DNA of 63,447 nt, filler included, from Octopus bimaculoides (lineage: Eukaryota), in the NCBI RefSeq assembly GCF_001194135.2. It is 4 parts of 3 records of this genome, joined end to end, with 100 filler letters (N's around TTAATTAATTAA, not from the genome) between each part and the next. Parts side by side here need not be neighbours in the genome. Positions count along the whole stretch, not along the records: positions 1 to 26,465 come from NC_068983.1; 3 more parts are not named here. One strand, written 5' to 3'. The notes under the pieces were generated by a model, which had not been told where the DNA came from, ran no database searches, and worked only from the letters and a program-made list of their open reading frames with translations. The translations under genes and the position numbers were made by a program. This document shows positions 13,233 through 26,465 of this stretch, in pieces; the first letter of the stretch is position 1, and each line of letters starts with the position of its first letter.

Positions 13233-16200
13233 TTATATGAGAGTGAGAATCCTATGTTAATCAACTACAAATGTTATGTATTTATTTCAGTTCTTAATAA
13301 TATTAGTATTTTGCCACACACTTGTGATCTTCCCATTATTATATGTCTCTTTTAACGATCTGTTCTTATATAAGTTTTTTTTTAATATTTCGTTACTGTA
13401 CTTTGTTAAATTTTATGTGATTTTGTCTTTTTAATATTTTTTAGACACGGTGCCAGTAAGTTTTCTGGTTCAGTCATACTGGATAAGTTTTCAAATAAGA
13501 TATAGAAATCATTTCAATAGATTATGAAATAAAACAGATTCAGAAACATTGATGTTTTCATAGATCCCAACCAGGCTTTTGAAAATATATTTATTAATAG
13601 GAATCAATGTAAGTTATGTTGCAGACATAAATTTGTTAATAGCTATTCTAACAGAAATATATATACACTGAGTTTGTTTTGAATATGTCATAATAAATAA
13701 AATCTCTCAACTTCAAGACAAAACCGCAAACATTTTCCCATTATAAATCTATGAAGCGTATATTCAACATGATATTTCAATAATAACTATTTGAATGCTT
13801 GTATCAGTTGCCTTGCAAATTCTGGGCAGACGTCACATGCTGTGTTATTCACACACTCCATGAACTGACTCCAATAATGTCATATGCTATAGACGTGTGA
13901 TATTGTTTTGTTTATCCATCAGTTTACTAGTAATTGTTTCTATCCAGACATTTTGTTTCATGGAATAAGTAGAAATAAATCTTGTGTTTTATATCACAAA
14001 ATGTTATCCAAAAATCCTCAAAATACACTTTGACTTAGAAATTGATTTACACGCAATATAGAAATTTAACATACAGAACAACACACCCCCGAATTACTTT
14101 TCCTTTAAACATACACTTGATATTTATAATCAGCGTCAGATTTGCTATATGTCTCTATTATTACTCGTGAGTTTTTCCAATTGTCTGAGAATATTTTTTG
14201 GTGAAGAAGATGAAATAAGAACCGAACATGTACATTACGATTATTGTTCGGCTTTCAAAACCGGATGCACTCACTTCTATGTCCAGCAACTTTTTTACTT
14301 GAAAGAATCAGTTGATATGACTAAAGATATCTCACTGAGTTTTTGGCTTCAGATTATAACAAGACATAAAGGAAAATAATTTTTGTCCACTAATTGCATC
14401 GGAATATTCAGATAATTAAAGATTCTGAAATCACTATAGTAAATATGAGATACATGCTATGTTTTATGAAACTTCAGTTAATCATGACTATATTTTCTTG
14501 GGAATTTCAACTCGAAATACTTCTACGCTTACTCACACACAAACGCATGCAAAAATATACATGAACACACGCCGTTACTCCCAGTTACACATGAATACAT
14601 GGATGCACAGTATAAAGGCAACACATATTCTTGGTAACACACGCAGCAATATACAGCAAATATGAGTAGAGAATGAAGTTGCTAAAATAGTTATTGAAAT
14701 CATCACGGAAGCTGGGACGAAAATATTAAGACATGAGTAAAGAAATGTGCAAAACTCAGATTGTTTATTGTTTCTCAACATTTTAACGTGTTACAGAATA
14801 TGATAAACATTTTAATATCTACAACTAAGGGAAAGCAGAATACATAGAAATAAATGAATTAATGCTACAAACCCTCGCGAAGTTAATGTCCGGACCACTA
14901 TTACCAAACACTGAGCTTCATTAGCAAGTGAGAAACTCTAATGCGCATGCAATTTCAATCAAATGGAGATATTAGCTTCTATTTGCTTGCTGGCAGAACA
15001 TAAATTACACACGCTTAAACACACAACTAAAAACAATAAGCACACATATAGAAACACAATTACACGGCATTACAACTTCGAGAAAGAAAATTCAAACAAA
15101 TAGTAAAAAGTAAATGCAGAACAAGTTAACAAATCAGTACGTGTAAATTTTGGCATCATTTTTTTTGTAAGTATGCATGTATTTGTCTGTCTGTCTATCT
15201 ATCTACCTACTTATTTGTCTGTCTATCTGTCTCTTTGTAAGTATGTGTGTTTATATCTACATATACCTACATCTTCGCTATCGTCATCATCGTTATAGTC
15301 CTCAATTAAATCGCCATATTTCATATGATGGTGCTCACGATTATAAAATGGAAATATTAGTCGGCTGATGAAGGTTAAGTTTTCTAAACAGTGTAATAGA
15401 TAGTGATTAAGATTAACTGAAAAAGTATTTACGTTGAAGATTTATGTACCAATCTAAAACAATACTCGCGTATGTGTATACAGAAAACTGCATAAAATAA
15501 TATTTAGTTTTCTTTTTATTTTACTTCCTTTCGCCTCTATATATTCTGCTTTAAATACCATGAGGTTCATCATATTGATTAATATTGGAAGAAAATAAGT
15601 CCTTCGTAATCGATTACTTGACATAAATATAACATAACCAGGCTAAATTCCGCGCAATATTTATCTCTGAATATAAATCTAGTCTAGAGTCTAATCTGGC
15701 TTCCAGGTCAATATGTGATTGAAAATATATGGGACAGATTTGGCTGGTGTATGTGTGTCCTGCAGAATTGGTACAGCGCAGAAACAAGAGGAATTTATAT
15801 TTCTTGAAGCCACAAACAGTAACACATTTCATGTGGAAATAAAAATCGTATGAACTAAAATAAAATAAAAAATTAAGTCAAATACTCAAACTTTTTCCTA
15901 ATGATTACTGTCACATCTACACTAGACATCGTCACCAGAAATGACTGCTCTATAACAAGATCTAATTAAATGAGATTACAAATCAAGAATATAATTGTCA
16001 TTGAAAAGCTGCTTCTATTTCTCATACACTCTCTTATAGGTATTTTAATAGTACTTTTGAACTTATACCATTATATAGAATTTTACTTTAACTGAGTGTG
16101 TGATCATAGCTACTAGATTAAGAAAGAAATGATCACTTTAAATAGGTGACTATCACAAACTCTTTTGAAGAGCTCTTACAAGAATCTTTTATATTTGAAA

Positions 16201-17261
16201 TGTATGTTAAAAGGTTGCACTGCACTCTTACGGGCGATAGTTTAAAAATTTCCTAAATTTACTGGGCACAAACATTGGCGATGGAGAACCAAACGCGTGA
16301 CAGAATACAGGAAAATAAGTGTTTGACTTTCTTGTGCTATGGTCAGGATATTCATCCTTCATGTCCCCAATTTATATTCATCTGAAAACTCAGTATCCGA
16401 GTTTTAAAGAATAAAGAAATCTTATAACATTGATGATACATTAGCATATCCCTCCGATGACGAAGGTTCTACGACTGCATACGTGCCTAAATTTTGTAAT
16501 AATTATGCAAGAGCAATAATATTTATAATAATATGTTTTATTAAATACAAGGGCTTGTAGAAATAAGACATGCGAAACTAAGTTTTCGAAGAAAAGTAGA
16601 CTGTAAAAAACATTTTTACAAATACCAAATATAACTGAATGAAATTATAAATGAAAGAATACTGACAAAATACATACTGAAAAACTTGATCGAGGTCAAC
16701 AAAATGTCCCTGATAAATATTTGTAGTTGAAAAGCTCCAACATGTTCGTGGTATACATTTTAATTTTGAGTTTTAATTTTGCAAGAAATATCTCATTCAG
16801 TTGTTAATTATATTCGGAATCTATTTTTTGGGGGTTTTTTTTTGCAATATCAGCTTTGTGATAACTGAGGCACAGTTGATTCACAATTCAGTCAGATAAC
16901 TGTTTCTTAAATTTACGAAGGATGGTGAAGCTTAGTTTCTTTTCGTCCTCTTCATTTCCTTCGATATTTTCATGAAGAATTTTATCGTTATTAATTTGAA
17001 GACATTAAATCTTTCCTTCTCCTTTTGTCGAATCTTCTTTGTTTCAGATTTCAGCTACTTTTTCTTCTCCACACGATGACGGAGTAGTACTACTGGTTAG
17101 CAATATTAGGGGATAAGGTGCTACCTTATTTGTTTCTTAAAGTGGGCGCAAGCAGCTGAGTCATGGTTGATGTTATATTGTTATTTTTTCTGCTATTTCC
17201 ATCGATACTCGTTAGTTAAGTGTCCCTCTATTTGTTTCTGTCTATCTGTCCCTCTATGTGT

Positions 17262-17352
17262 GTCCCTCTCCCATGTAGAGCTTACTACATGGAGAATAGC
17301 ATCATTTGAGTCCCTTTCCCATGTAGAGCTTACTACATGTAGAATAGCATCA
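17262..17352. repeat. Two-unit tandem repeat (48-bp period), each unit containing the hairpin catgtag-agctta-ctacatg
   Basis: Units at 17262-17304 and 17310-17352 differ at 2 positions. Confidence 0.9.
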
Positions 17353-18112
17353 AAGCCTTTGGTCTTCTATCATTAATCTCATGCTTTTTGTCATGGTGCT
17401 TACAGTGAACAGATTTTCGGTATGGCATTGTGGTCTTTTCGATCATTAGAACTTGCATACACTTTTATACTTTCGGATATCCCATAAATATATATTATTT
17501 TCGTTGGCTATGCTTCAAATACTCTTTTCTACTGTGATACATAAGTGAAGGTGAATATCAAGTCTATGCCGTTTCCGACGTTTCTTAGTATGAATCTTTT
17601 ATATTTTAAAAATATATTTTTTTTACGCGTGAATTCGGGTACATATTTTTATTCCGTTTTATATCAGTTAATTTCAAGTTGCCTTTTAGAGAAATTTAGT
17701 GTTAAGTTGGATATATGGACTAATGACTATCTTTTGGTATTAATACTGCTTCTTTGGCGAGCAATAGTTTTTTTTTTAATTAACCCGGTTCCTTGCAACA
17801 TCAGTGTCTGAAGAGTTAGTGAAATTCCATAATTCGCTATCAGTTAGATTTGCCTGGTATTCAGCTACCGGACGTCACTGAAGTGACAGGACACGTCGAA
17901 ATCACGTGATTGCCGGTTTGAGCACCCATGACATATGATACTTGTCTGCCACTGATATAAATATGTGTGTTTTTATGCACAATGTGTCCATATGAAAAAA
18001 GTCCTTTCGACGTAAATAATGCAGTATTTGTAGATCTAAGAGTATATACACACCAAGACGGATATAAAGACATGTTTTAGGCATTAATACTGCTTCCATC
18101 ACTTATAATTAT

Positions 18113-18578
18113 TTAATAATAATAATAACACCAACAACAAAAATATCACCACCACCACCTCCACAACCACCACCGCCGTCGCCACCACCACCAGCACCAC
18201 CACCACCAGCACCACCAGCATCACCACCACCAGCACCACTACCAGCCGCAGCAGTAGCAGCATCACCACCACCACCACCACCACCACGACNNNNNNNNNN
18301 NNNNNNNNNNNNNNNNNNNNNNNNNNNNNNNNNNNNNNNNNNNNNNNNNNNNNNNNNNNNNNNNNNNNNNNNNNNNNNNNNNNNNNNNNNNNNNNNNNNN
18401 NNNNNNNNNNNNNNNNNNNNNNNNNNNNNNNNNNNNNNNNNNNNNNNNNNNNNNNNNNNNNNNNNNNNNNNNNNNNNNNNNNNNNNNNNNNNNNNNNNNN
18501 NNNNNNNNNNNNNNNNNNNNNNNNNNNNNNNNNNNNNNNNNNNNNNNNNNNNNNNNNNNNNNCAACAACAACAACAAC

Positions 18579-18617
<39 letters not shown>

Positions 18618-18618
18618 C
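18113..18618. repeat. Compound (TAA)(CAA)(CAC/CAG)...(CAA)(TAA)n microsatellite (gapped)
   Basis: Direct reading; N at 18291-18561. Confidence 0.9.
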
Positions 18619-19620
18619 ATGAAAGAAAAATTTCAGGCGAAGTTTTTGCTCAAGCTCAGACTGATACTTAAGTCGAAATTAAACGGACTGAATAAGATTG
18701 AAGCTGTCAACACTGGGCGGTTTCATTCCTTAGATATAGAGTAGGGGTAATTGCATGGATAGCAGACGAACTAAACAACTTAGACAGAAAGAAAAGGAAG
18801 TTGCTGACTAGATGTGGGATACTCCACCCAAAACGTGAAACAGACAGACTGTATGAACCAAGAAAAACAGAGGGAAGTGATTGATTGGATGCAAACACAT
18901 TATTAGAGCAGAGAAAAACAACATAAAGTGGTAAGTAAAAAATGCCACAGAACAACTATTATTTGAACTAAGAGGGTCAGGCTTGTGTAACAGGGTAGAT
19001 TGCAAAGATAAAGCACTGTACAGGCACTTGAGAATGAATGAAACAGAAAATAGGTGGATAAAGAAAAGAATGCATGGACAGTTTCATTGGGATGTTAGAG
19101 ATAAGACAGACAGAGAAAAAAGATGCCTATGAATGACTAAAAGTGATTTGAAATCGGAAACAGAGTCTCTAAGCTGTGCTGCCCAAGTGCAAACATTAAG
19201 AAGCAATTACATCGAATGCAGAATAGACAACACATCAGAAAGTGACAAGCGCAGAACTTGTGGACAAAATTATGCAACCGTATGGTATATTTCCAGTCAA
19301 TGTACGCCACTAGCCCAGAAAGAATATAAGAAACGCCATGACAACATAGGGAGGATTGTCCATTGGACACTTTGCAACAAGTATGAACTTGACAGAGCAA
19401 AAAAGTGGTACGAACGTAAACACGAAGGTATCATGAAAAATGATAACACAACGATGCTATGGGATTTTATGATACAGTGTGACCATGTGATGAAGAATAG
19501 GAAACCAGACACAGTATTAATTGAGAAAGAAAGCAAACAATGTTGGATCAGATATATAGCATACCCAGCTGACAAAGTATGCGATAAGGAAGAAAGAAAT
19601 ATCGATAGATATGAAAGGTA
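18619..19620 (+). mobile_element. R4/Dong-type LINE fragment C (RT thumb, CCHC, RLE)
   Basis: ORF 19133-19621: KSDLKSETESLSCAAQVQTLR...CGQNYATVWYISSQCTPLAQKEYKKRHDNIGRIVHW...WDFMIQCDHVMKNRKPDTVLIEKE. The 5' end starts directly after (TAA)n. Confidence 0.9.
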
Positions 19621-20030
19621 ACCAGATCCAGGATAACCCTAACACTAGGCCTGTAGTGATGCCATCAAAAGAATAAAGCAAAACGCATAAAATGGACTAG
19701 AGATAATTATAGAGATGTGCTGAAAGCTTTCTATACAGCCCAACTAATCCCCAGGCAATAACCTCATAGTACATAGTTCGTGGATGGAGGAACGTACCTG
19801 GCAATAAATTACGCAGATATACAGAAGAAAATAAACTAAGTAATGTACGTAGCGAAATCATTAACAATAAAAGGTTAACTGACGCTAAAATTAGGACACA
19901 AATACTTCAAGGTATACCAAATGAAAACAGCAACAACGCAGATGAAATAGGTAATAAATGCACAGAACACAGTGTGCGAGCAGTACATGCCAAAGAGGAC
20001 GCTGAAGAAAAAATAGCAAAGAACAGGTAA
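19621..20030 (+). mobile_element. N-terminal fragment of a related RLE LINE lying between copies C and D
   Basis: Translates to KRIKWTRDNYRDVLKAFYTA-like sequence typical of R4-clade N-termini; out of domain order relative to its neighbours. Confidence 0.5.
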
Positions 20031-20860
20031 AGAAAAGAATGCACGGTCAATTTCATAGAGATGTTGAAGATAAAGCAGAGTAAAAAAGATGGCTGTGGAT
20101 GACTAAAAGTGATTTAAAACCGGAAACGGAGGCTCTAATGTGTGCTTCCCAAGAACAAGTACTAAGAACAAAATGCATAAAATACGGAATAGACAACACA
20201 GCAGGAAGTGATAAATGGAGAATCTGTGGACAAAACGATGAAACCGCATGGCATATTAGCAGCCAATGTACACCACTAGCCCAGAAGGAATATGAGACGC
20301 CATGACAATATAGCCAGGCTTGTCCATTGCACACTATGCAACAAGTATGGACTTGACAGAGCAAAAAATTGGTACGGCCACAAACCTGAACACATCGTCG
20401 AAAATAGAAATTCAAAGTCCCTATGAGATTTTATGATTCAGTGCGACCATGAGATAGATAATTGGAAGCCATACGTAGTCTTAATTGAGAAAGAAACCAC
20501 ACTATGCTGAATCACAGATATAGCAAGCCCACCCGACAACAAGGTATGCGATCAGGAAGAAAGAAAAGTCGAGAGATATGACAGGTTAGCTTGGGAAGTT
20601 AAGCTGTTGTGGTCGATGAAAAAGGTAGCAGTAGTACAAATAATTGTCGGAGTCCTGGAAACAGTGAGTAAAAATCTCGAGAAGTACGTGGAACAAATAT
20701 GGGCTGCAATAAGGGTGTGCACCTGCAGATAACAGCACTGCTTGGAACCGCTCGAATACTCCGGAAGGTGCTCGAAAAATAAGAGGTGTTACCTTACTTT
20801 ACCGGGTGTGAACAGTTGACACAGTAGTACATCTCCAGCGTTAGAAGCTGTGCAAAGGCA
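20031..20860 (+). mobile_element. R4/Dong-type LINE fragment D (CCHC, RLE, complete 3' end)
   Basis: ORF 20099-20305: KSDLKPETEALMCASQEQVLR...WRICGQNDETAWHISSQCTPLAQKEY. The 3' UTR ends in gctgtgcaaaggcaa followed by (TGA)n(TAA)n. Confidence 0.9.
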
Positions 20861-20887
20861 ATGATGATGATGATGATGATGATGATG

Positions 20888-20950
<63 letters not shown>

Positions 20951-20981
20951 GTAATAATAATAAAAATAATAATAATAATAA
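20861..20981. repeat. (TGA)n(TAA)n tail of LINE D
   Basis: Direct reading. Confidence 0.95.
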
Positions 20982-21710
20982 TGAGAAGGAGGAAAAGGAA
21001 AAGAGAGGGAATGAGACGGAGAAAGCTTACACATTATAGTACCCTACATCTGATGTGTAGGCGAATTAATAAGTTATCCAAATTTTCAGGGCTCAATGTT
21101 GTCAGGAACATACCAGTCAGTTCTTTCTTCTATGCTTAGATCTCGGAGAGCGTTGTCACACCTTCCTGGCAATAATGCCCTATATGTTGCAAACATGAAA
21201 TTCCACATGTAACATTATTGGACGAGTTAAAGCAGTAAGAACCTGACAACATCCCACATGGTAGATGCTCACACTATAATTTACTTGACTCTTCTGTGTT
21301 GTACCTCCTTCAACTAGATAAGATACGGAAATCGAAAACCTACATTGGGAATGGAAGCGACACTAGAATTCAATCCAGAAATGTATGCACGTGCCACAGT
21401 GTCAGAGCATGACAGCGTATCAACAACCGTAGAATACCGTACAACCTATCATCCGCAATGCCAGCCTATTGGAATACGCCTCCAATTGGAAGAAGCAGAA
21501 GGACAGACTTCTCGACCGTGAACACTTGCCAACCATGTGCTCAATTGCATGTTTGAAGACATTAACGCTCTTGGTTTTTAAATAACTGTGGTAAATTTAT
21601 TACTTTGTCCAACCTCCATTAGCTAGAGTCGGCTATTATTGATTGTTGGTCGCTCATCAATTATAACTGCTTTTCTTGAGGTAATTAATTAAGCATCCCA
21701 TAAATGGTTC

Positions 21711-22433
21711 TCTTTACTCTCTTTTACTCTCTTTTACTCTTTTACTTGTTTCAGTTATTTGACTGCGGCCATGCTGAAGCACCACCTTTAGTCGAGCAAA
21801 TCGACCCCAGGACTTATTCTTTGGAAGCCTAGTACTTATTCTATCTTTCTCCTTTGCCGAACCGCTAGGTTACGGGGACGTAAACACACCACCATCGATC
21901 GTCAAGCGATATTGGGGGGACAAACACAGACACACAAACATACACACACACACACACATATATATATATANNNNNNNNNNNNNNNNNNNNNNNNNNNNNN
22001 NNNNNNNNNNNNNNNNNNNNNNNNNNNNNNNNNNNNNNNNNNNNNNNNNNNNNNNNNNNNNNNNNNNNNNNNNNNNNNNNNNNNNNNNNNNNNNNNNNNN
22101 NNNNNNNNNNNNNNNNNNNNNNNNNNNNNNNNNNNNNNNNNNNNNNNNNNNNNNNNNNNNNNNNNNNNNNNNNNNNNNNNNNNNNNNNNNNNNNNNNNNN
22201 NNNNNNNNNNNNNNNNNNNNNNNNNNNNNNNNNNNNNNNNNNNNNNNNNNNATATATATATATATATATATATATATACGACCGGCTTCTTTTAGTTTCC
22301 GTCTACTGAATCCACTCACAAGGCTTTGGTTGGTCTGAGGCTATAGTAGAAGACACTTGCCCAAGGTGCCACGCAATGGGACTGAACCCAGAACCATGTG
22401 GTTGGTAAGCAAGCTACTTACCACACAACCATG
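21711..22433 (-). mobile_element. Composite tRNA-derived SINE (head, internal TA/TG repeats with gap, second domain, (gagtaaaa)n tail)
   Basis: On -: A box tggttgtgtgg (22431-22421) and B box ggttcagtccc (22388-22378). The head is homologous to 62534-62675. The 3' domain shares aataagtac...ctggggtcgat with the 51575 SINE family. Confidence 0.85.
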
Positions 22434-23951
22434 TTTTTTTAAGATGTCTGCAACAAACAAGATCAAAGCATTCCATCTCTCCAAAGCCACCAATACGCTC
22501 TCCTATCGCATGCATTTGCTTCTGCAAAACTACTGACATATTTGAGTAAATATATGTTTCTCCCATCGCCTCAAATTACTTTATAATGGTCTTGTTCACT
22601 TCCACACTTGAGACATCTCACACCGTTCCGGTGATGCTCCTGCATAGGGCGACATTTGTCTCAGTCCATCTACCATAAATTTGACAGCAATCGATCGAGA
22701 ACCAAATCAGAAATAGTCTAAAGGAGGAAAGGCCTGAATGAATGAATGCACTGCATGAAAATATTATCCGAAGCGGCTGCTTGCACTATTATCAGAACAG
22801 ATGCTGTTGCACATTGCCGCAATTATGCTATCGAAAAAGGCATGGAAACCGGATTGTCATGGAGACCGACTCTCACACCGTTGTCAGAGTCGATGCCTAG
22901 TTTCTTTTTAATGCATCGTCTGATCTGACGAAGTTTAGCTATTAAACCACAGATGACAAACGCCACACTATTTGCTAAGATATTCACCATTAAACTCTGC
23001 AATCTGTACAGCTGTTCGCTAAAAATTGTCGATTACATCTATTATTTTAGTGTTCATTATCTGTAGAACTCTCAGTCTCCGGTTCGCAGGACTGGGAACG
23101 ATTCTATTCAGTTGCCAAGTGCAGCAATCTTAAGGCAGATCATCAAAACAGTGTCGTCTGCTCCCTTGTCACACAACACAACTCCTCCCACTTTTCGACT
23201 GATGTTATTCGGATTTGACTGCACTTTACGTTGTCTGACATACGTTCGATTAAAATGCGTGCGGAAAGTCGATTACGTGTACTTAAAACTAAGTTTGTCG
23301 TCATCTGAATTGGGTATCATTGTCTATTGTTCATGAGTGTGTATGTATGCGCATGTGAAGACGCGTGTGCTTGTACGTATGTATATCTTAGTATATCTTT
23401 ATTTCTCTATGTAGGAACATTCTCTCGATATTTCAGTGATTGAAGTCATGTTATATTTCGAAACATTAACTGAAAATGCTGGGAAATTTGATGTTGATTT
23501 GAATTTCTGCATAGCAAATGTACTGACAATCTGCCGATGGCTAAGTAGGTATGTATACGCGTGAGTCTCTAAGTTATTTAATTCAGTGACGCATCACGAT
23601 TCCTAATGTCATACACGTGATTATATATTCAGCATCCCATCACATTCGTAACAATTCATTCTATGAAGATACGAGTGAATTTCTAATTTGATTCCGTGAT
23701 AAACAGCCTCGTTTCTTTGAATCCATACACAAACAAATAGTGATACATAATATAGAAAGGGCACAACATCTGATAAACGTTGCATAGGCGAAAAATGTTG
23801 GGTTATTCATGGTTGTAATATATTTTCTTAGATTTGCTGCAAAAGCACAGACCTGCAGGTAAACAACAGCTTCCAGACTATTTTCTTTGATATAATAGAC
23901 ATTATGAAGGAATTTTTAAGTATTTGATATAGTCATAACTTGATTATATTC

Positions 23952-23953
<2 letters not shown>

Positions 23954-24039
<86 letters not shown>

Positions 24040-24040
24040 A
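23954..24040. repeat. (TAA)n(TGA)n microsatellite
   Basis: Direct reading. Confidence 0.95.
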
Positions 24041-24677
24041 ACAACATCAATCTTAATAATAGATGGCAATAACAATAACAATAATAGAAATAATACATAA
24101 CAACATCAACAATAACAACTACAATAATAATAATAGTAATAAAGAGCAACATCGATGATGGTGACGCTGTCGAAGATGATGAAGATGATAACAACAAGAA
24201 TTATGATATTTAGAAAACAATGTTAAGAAAGAAAACAATAAATTACGTGTAAAACGAAAAGAATCAATATGAGAATATTACTAAATATTTCCCAATTCCC
24301 CATTCAAAGAGAAATTTTCATTTAAAATTCCAGTCACAAGTATTACTAATTGATACTTGTAATTAAATTATATTATTTTTTGAAGTGATTGAAACTTTAT
24401 TTGGTGATTATGTGTCAAGTAATTTATTTAAAGTTTCAACTTTCTTCTGAACTTAGAATAGAACGAGTTTAATTAGTTAAACATTTCAAATGAATATTAC
24501 AAATGAATTAAAAATAAAAAAATAAAATGAAAAAAAAGGATAAATTAAGACTGCAAAAAAATAAAGTAAGAAAAGGAAATATTCAAATACAAATAAACAT
24601 TCAATATAAATAATAAAATATGAATTACAAATATCACTGCTAATGGTGAACTGCTGGTGCAGCAGTTGCAATTATTA

Positions 24678-24720
<43 letters not shown>

Positions 24721-24721
<1 letters not shown>

Positions 24722-24872
24722 TGCTGTGGTGCTCTTATGTTTACTGTATTGAAAGTGTTTTTGCGTAGGATGTGTGCAGTGCCCAGTAGTGCAATTTTCT
24801 GAATGTTATATATATTTGTAAGTCCTGGTGTTTTTGTTATCTATTTGTCTGAATATTTTTTTATATTATACC
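24721..24872 (-). mobile_element. Very short 3'-region copy of a young R4/Dong-type LINE subfamily embedded in (TTA)n
   Basis: Nearly identical to 44632-44785 and 26333-26465; lacks the terminal about 80 nt present in those copies. Confidence 0.9.
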
Positions 24873-24898
24873 TAATAAAAAAAAATATTCAGACAAAT

Positions 24899-24911
24899 AT
24901 TATTATTATTA

Positions 24912-24972
<61 letters not shown>

Positions 24973-25000
24973 CATCATCATCATAATTATTATTATTATT

Positions 25001-25088
<88 letters not shown>

Positions 25089-25148
25089 TTATTATCATCC
25101 TCCTCCTCCTCCTCCTCCTCCTCCTCCTCATCATTATTATTATTATTA
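24899..25148. repeat. Compound (TTA)(TCA)(TCC) microsatellite
   Basis: Direct reading. Confidence 0.95.
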
Positions 25149-25278
25149 ATCGTTATTGTTTTATTTGTAACACTTGATTTTGTGTTAAGCCCCATTTGTT
25201 CCTTGTATTGTCCTTTTGCTTTGTGTTCGATCTTTGTTGCCAATGAAGAAAATATTGTTATTATTATTATTATCATTT

Positions 25279-25463
25279 AAGGCGGCGGGTGGGCAGATTT
25301 GGCAGCACGCTGGGAAAGATATTTGCCGGCATTTCGTCTGTGTTTACGTTTTGACGTTCAATTTGTCTTTCATCCTTTCGGTGTCCATAAAATAAGTACC
25401 AGTGAAAGCATGGGGTTGATGTAATTGATTTATCCCCTCCCCATAAAAATGCTGACCTTGTGA
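25279..25463 (+). mobile_element. Decayed tRNA-derived SINE (51575 family)
   Basis: aaggcggcgggtgggcaga...ggcatttcgtctg...ttttcatcctttcgg...ataaaataagtacca...ggggttgatgtaattga aligns with 51575-51793. Confidence 0.75.
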
Positions 25464-25510
25464 AAAAAAAATTGAAATCATTATTATCATTATTATTATT
25501 GATAATGATG

Positions 25511-25542
<32 letters not shown>

Positions 25543-25619
25543 GGTTATGGTGCTGGTGACGTTGTTGATAATAAAAATCTGCTCTCCGTAGCCAAAGACA
25601 GGCAGTGATCTTTCATCAA

Positions 25620-25990
25620 AATGGATTCAAATATGCATTGGCAACTATTCGATGTAACTTCACAAGTCAGCCATGCTTGGGCGCTAGACATCTGCCTGCA
25701 AAACGTTTTTTTTTGTTCTTTGTTCATCTCGTGCAGGTCTGGTAATGCTACCAGGAAGCACTGCTAAGGCAATGATTTCTAGGGGTTAAACCATGGGCTT
25801 ACTCGAAGGATCTTTCCTTGTTCTTTTCGCCGTGGCTTCCAGAAACAATTTTGTTATCGTTTTCTATCTTAAATTCTTGCTGCTCGCGGTGAGGATACTT
25901 CCACACTGGCACATTCTGCTGTTGATTGGGTCACAAATCCTTCAAGTAATTAATGTGTATAAAATTGCATCATCATTACTGATTTCTTCT
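25620..25990 (-). mobile_element. Possible decayed RTE-clade LINE 3' end
   Basis: Minus-strand fragments QQNVPVWKY...EFK, ATAKRTRK and GRCLAPKHG resemble the RTE C-terminal ..DR..WR / KR.RRK / zinc-finger pattern; many frameshifts. Confidence 0.3.
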
Positions 25991-26044
25991 TCAGTTCTAT
26001 ATTTATGACATGAGAAGTTATGTACATTTTTTTATATTATTTAC

Positions 26045-26170
26045 ATTATTTACATTCGACGGATATTTGTTCTCATCTTGTTTGTTGTTTCTGCTGATAT
26101 ACCCGCCAGACTTCATCCGGTGTCTTGGGGAAATTTCGAAACCGGATTCTCATTCCTAAGGTAGTTTTCG
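26045..26170 (-). mobile_element. PLE pseudo-LTR-type repeat with a degenerate hammerhead core
   Basis: Reverse complement of 26087-26119: cggatga-a-gtctg-gcgggtatat-cagca-gaaac, i.e. the CUGANGA / stem II / GAAAC layout with substitutions. Confidence 0.55.
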
Positions 26171-26182
26171 ATGTTGTTGTTG

Positions 26183-26249
<67 letters not shown>

Positions 26250-26250
<1 letters not shown>

Positions 26251-26465
26251 GTTCAGTAGTTTTATTTTTATAACGTGCTTTCACTTCACTACCGAGCGCA
26301 GCTCTGTGCGCCTTGGGTATGTGCTGTGGTTTGCTGTGGTGCTCTTATGTTTACTGTATTGAAAGTGTTTTGCGTAGAATGTGTGCAGTACCCACTAGTG
26401 CAATTTTCTGTATGTTATATATATTTGTAAGCCCTGGTGTTTTTGTTATGTATTTGTCTGAATAT
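26250..26465 (-). mobile_element. 3' end of the young R4/Dong-type subfamily, preceded on + by (TTA)n and cut by an artificial join
   Basis: Near-identical to 44556-44765 and to the reverse complement of 34031-34165. Confidence 0.9.

Noticed and set aside
14149-14379. Short ORF with non-repetitive peptide (GEEDEIRTEHVHYDYCSAF...)
   Set aside because: No recognisable family and no supporting splice structure; the length is expected by chance.
17262-17352. CRISPR-like palindromic repeat
   Set aside because: Only two units, a 5-bp spacer, eukaryotic context and no cas genes.
21380-21560. TTYHP-like motif suggesting a Penelope RT/GIY-YIG linker
   Set aside because: A single short motif needing frameshifts; insufficient support.
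22279-22433. tRNA genes (A/B boxes here and at 51575 and 62534)
   Set aside because: No cloverleaf could be built, and the sequences continue into shared SINE bodies.
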